DNA of 26,943 bases from a virus (lineage: Duplodnaviria > Caudoviricetes): positions 1 to 26,943 of the IMG/VR virus record IMGVR_UViG_3300021978_000005, one strand, 5' to 3'. Of this stretch, positions 25,122 through 26,943 are shown one piece after another. Both the position numbers and the translations under genes were made by a program. The notes below the pieces were generated by a model, which saw nothing but the letters and a program-made list of their open reading frames with translations, was not told the origin of the DNA and ran no database searches. The first letter of the stretch is position 1. The number at the start of each line of letters is the position of its first letter.

Positions 25122-25370
25122 ATGAACACTAATAAAAAGCAGTACAAATTAGATGACGGAACTATCACAAATGCTCATGAAGTCGCTCAAAAAGTAGGTA
25201 TCACTATTTCAAACGCGAGGTCTCGTTTGTCTACACACTCTGACCCCGACAAGGTTTGGAAGAAGAAACAAAACAAAAACGTACTAGACCCTGACTCATA
25301 CAAAATGAGACGTATTAAATCAAGAGGTATGTGGGATGAAATGCTAGTGCTAGCAATGAAGAAAATTTAA
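25122..25370 (+). CDS. Putative HTH DNA-binding protein (82 aa)
   Basis: AHEVAQKVGITISNARSRL HTH-like segment; last gene of the rightward operon. Confidence 0.6.
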   Translation: MNTNKKQYKLDDGTITNAHEVAQKVGITISNARSRLSTHSDPDKVWKKKQNKNVLDPDSYKMRRIKSRGMWDEMLVLAMKKI

Positions 25371-25422
25371 CTTTACAGGAGCTTAAAACAAAGTTGACTA
25401 GCTAGGTAACTAGAGAAAATGC

Positions 25423-25584
25423 CTAATTACATCTGCAATCACATACAAGAGGAGAAGCCTGTTGTTGTGGTTGTGTCATTTGCATCATGTTCATAGGCAT
25501 CTGAGCCCAATCAGCAAAGAAAGCATAAGAAGCTGTTGATATTAAAACACCTGTTATTATATAAATAATCGCACATTTCTTCAT
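25423..25584 (-). CDS. Small secreted Met/Cys-rich peptide (53 aa)
   Basis: Hand-translated MKKCAIIYIITGVLISTASYA-FFADWAQMPMNMMQMTQPQQQASPCMCDCRCN; signal-peptide-like N-terminus. Confidence 0.65.
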   Translation of the reverse strand: MKKCAIIYIITGVLISTASYAFFADWAQMPMNMMQMTQPQQQASPLVCDCRCN

Positions 25585-25649
25585 TTCTTCATCCTATGGT
25601 GGACATATCTATAAACAGGATTTTGGCTTGTTCCAAAATTAATCATCAT
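25581..25649 (-). CDS. Possible 22-aa micro-ORF
   Basis: MMINFGTSQNPVYRYVHHRMKK; bridges both neighbours by overlap; weak RBS. Confidence 0.35.
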   Translation of the reverse strand: MMINFGTSQNPVYRYVHHRMKK

Positions 25650-26028
25650 GTCTTCTTTTATACTTTTCTTTAGCCTGATTATAACCCCATTTACGAGTGA
25701 AATAAGGCACTGCTAAGTTAGTTATTAGTAAGAACGCTATAAAGCCGTATAAGACGTTCATAAATAAAGAATCAGCAATGTATGCAGCACTCTGTTCTTT
25801 CGTCTCTATTTGGTCAATCTGAGGCTCTTCAGGTATTATTTCATCAACACCAACACTAACAGCTAAGTTAGCAACAGCAGGTATAGGTCCTGCAATGGCA
25901 TAGGTAACAGCAGTGGTAGCGCCTGTCTTGACTATGTTGTTAAATTTCAATGAGTTACAGCCTGCTGCCAACATAAGGGCAGAAATTAGAGTTATTAATA
26001 ATAATATTCTAATGAAGAAGCTCATCAC
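25639..26028 (-). CDS. Lipoprotein with C-terminal TM helix (unimolecular spanin-like)
   Basis: Signal ending LAAG-C; C-terminal hydrophobic helix VLYGFIAFLLITNLAVPYF followed by a basic tail. Confidence 0.55.
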   Translation of the reverse strand: MMSFFIRILLLITLISALMLAAGCNSLKFNNIVKTGATTAVTYAIAGPIPAVANLAVSVGVDEIIPEEPQIDQIETKEQSAAYIADSLFMNVLYGFIAFLLITNLAVPYFTRKWGYNQAKEKYKRRHDD

Positions 26029-26150
26029 ATCTTAGTCCACTTCTCTATTTTGGTAATAAAGAAATTACAGAAGTATTTGATTTTATTAAGGATAGTCAAT
26101 TTCATATACTGACCCTTACTGTTTCTTACTTTTTGATTTGTTCTAGCCAT
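26025..26150 (-). CDS. Small basic protein (41 aa)
   Basis: MARTNQKVRNSKGQYMKLTILNKIKYFCNFFITKIEKWTKM; AGGAG RBS; stop overlaps the next start. Confidence 0.65.
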   Translation of the reverse strand: MARTNQKVRNSKGQYMKLTILNKIKYFCNFFITKIEKWTKM

Positions 26151-26159
26151 ATCGTTCTC

Positions 26160-26237
26160 CTATGCACAAAGCAGGTAAGGCCACAAAACCCAACAATCCC
26201 CTATGCAAGGAGGTATGTTTGGGGCTAGTGCTATCAC
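26160..26237 (-). CDS. Possible 25-aa micro-ORF
   Basis: GTGA overlap; MIALAPNIPPCIGDCWVLWPYLLCA; fills the gap between neighbours. Confidence 0.35.
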   Translation of the reverse strand: MIALAPNIPPCIGDCWVLWPYLLCA

Positions 26238-26482
26238 TTGGCAATTCTCATGTGCTTCCATATTTGGTCAATTTTAGTACCTTGAGACCTTATTTCAGTT
26301 TTAATATCACCTATATCACCATGAAAGTCATCTTTAAGAACGAATTTCATAGGTAAATCACTCTTGCATGAGTTCATACTCTTCTCTAAATCTTTGATGT
26401 CTGTCATTATTGACTTAACAACACCGCCTGTTATTGCAGACAATATTGATACAAATGCTAGAACTATATCTGCAACTTCCAT
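26234..26482 (-). CDS. Single-TM coiled-coil protein, holin/lysis-associated candidate
   Basis: N-terminal hydrophobic helix followed by a coiled coil; AAGGA RBS. Confidence 0.5.
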   Translation of the reverse strand: MEVADIVLAFVSILSAITGGVVKSIMTDIKDLEKSMNSCKSDLPMKFVLKDDFHGDIGDIKTEIRSQGTKIDQIWKHMRIAK

Positions 26483-26943
26483 CTATTTTTCCTTGTAAAT
26501 GAACTTGTCTAAATAATCTTTCTGAGATGATAACATAGTGCGGTCAAATTTTCGGATTTCTTCCATTTGACGTGAAGCATTAATTTCATCTACATATTTG
26601 TATTTATGCCTGTTTCTAGGCTCAAAGTTAGTACCGCTATATGTTGGTAAAGACCACGGCTCTCTATCTTCAAAACCATCCTTCTCAGGGAAGTATCCGA
26701 AACCTATTAGTTTGGAAATCCAACAACTAGGGATAAACATAACATCTCTAATAGGAGGCAACAAGGCCTTCTTGCAGGTATCTAACCAAGCCTTCATACG
26801 CTCAGTGATATGTGTATTCTTACCACGAGACTTCCAAAAGGCTGAGTCGTCTCTACTAGACATGTAATAGTTAGTAGAAATAAAGTCTAGTGTGTCCTCT
26901 AAAGAGGTACTTGTTATGTCGTTGTAAATCTCTTTAGTCATGT
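26483..26943 (-). CDS. Tryptophan halogenase-like protein, C-terminal part (runs off window end)
   Basis: YN..E.TLDFISTNYYMSSRDDSAFW..F..SCW..LIG matches the C-terminal pattern of PrnA-like flavin halogenases. Confidence 0.75.
   Translation of the reverse strand, partial: MTKEIYNDITSTSLEDTLDFISTNYYMSSRDDSAFWKSRGKNTHITERMKAWLDTCKKALLPPIRDVMFIPSCWISKLIGFGYFPEKDGFEDREPWSLPTYSGTNFEPRNRHKYKYVDEINASRQMEEIRKFDRTMLSSQKDYLDKFIYKEK

Noticed and set aside
25392-25411. Possible bidirectional terminator between convergent operons
   Set aside because: Stem AGTT..CTAGCTAG..AACT is weak and mismatched; the position fits but support is insufficient.
26162-26867. Plus-strand ORFs of 64 and 89 aa
   Set aside because: Antisense to the holin-like and halogenase-like genes.
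1-26943. Stop-codon reassignment, diversity-generating retroelement or integrase
   Set aside because: Genes tile densely under the standard code with TAA, TAG and TGA stops; no reverse transcriptase, TR/VR pair or integrase seen.

Overview
A 27-kb piece of a tailed dsDNA phage genome with podovirus-type (P22/SU10-like) structural genes, about 40% GC by eye and probably aquatic. The minus strand carries one long, tightly coupled run: Cro-like HTH, Zn-ribbon, VRR-NUC, DUF1364, NinB, TerS, TerL, three large putative injected proteins (one with ADP-ribosyltransferase-like modules), adaptor/tail/nozzle genes, ejection proteins, portal, scaffold and major capsid. A short plus-strand early operon (HTH, Erf, SSB) converges on minus-strand lysis-like genes and a partial tryptophan-halogenase gene. 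No polymerase, primase, helicase, initiator, integrase or CI-type repressor is visible, although both divergent early arms are fully in view. Between the arms is a ~620-nt ORF-free, highly structured region. It has its own putative promoter, a ~60-nt antisense RNA over its 5' end, mutually exclusive pairings and PAS-like motifs at its 3' end. This is the layout of a ColE1-type RNA-primed replicon and is the leading candidate for a novel system here (inference, untested). An H-type pseudoknot precedes ssb, as in the T4 gene 32 operator. All family calls are motif recognition by eye; no searches were run.
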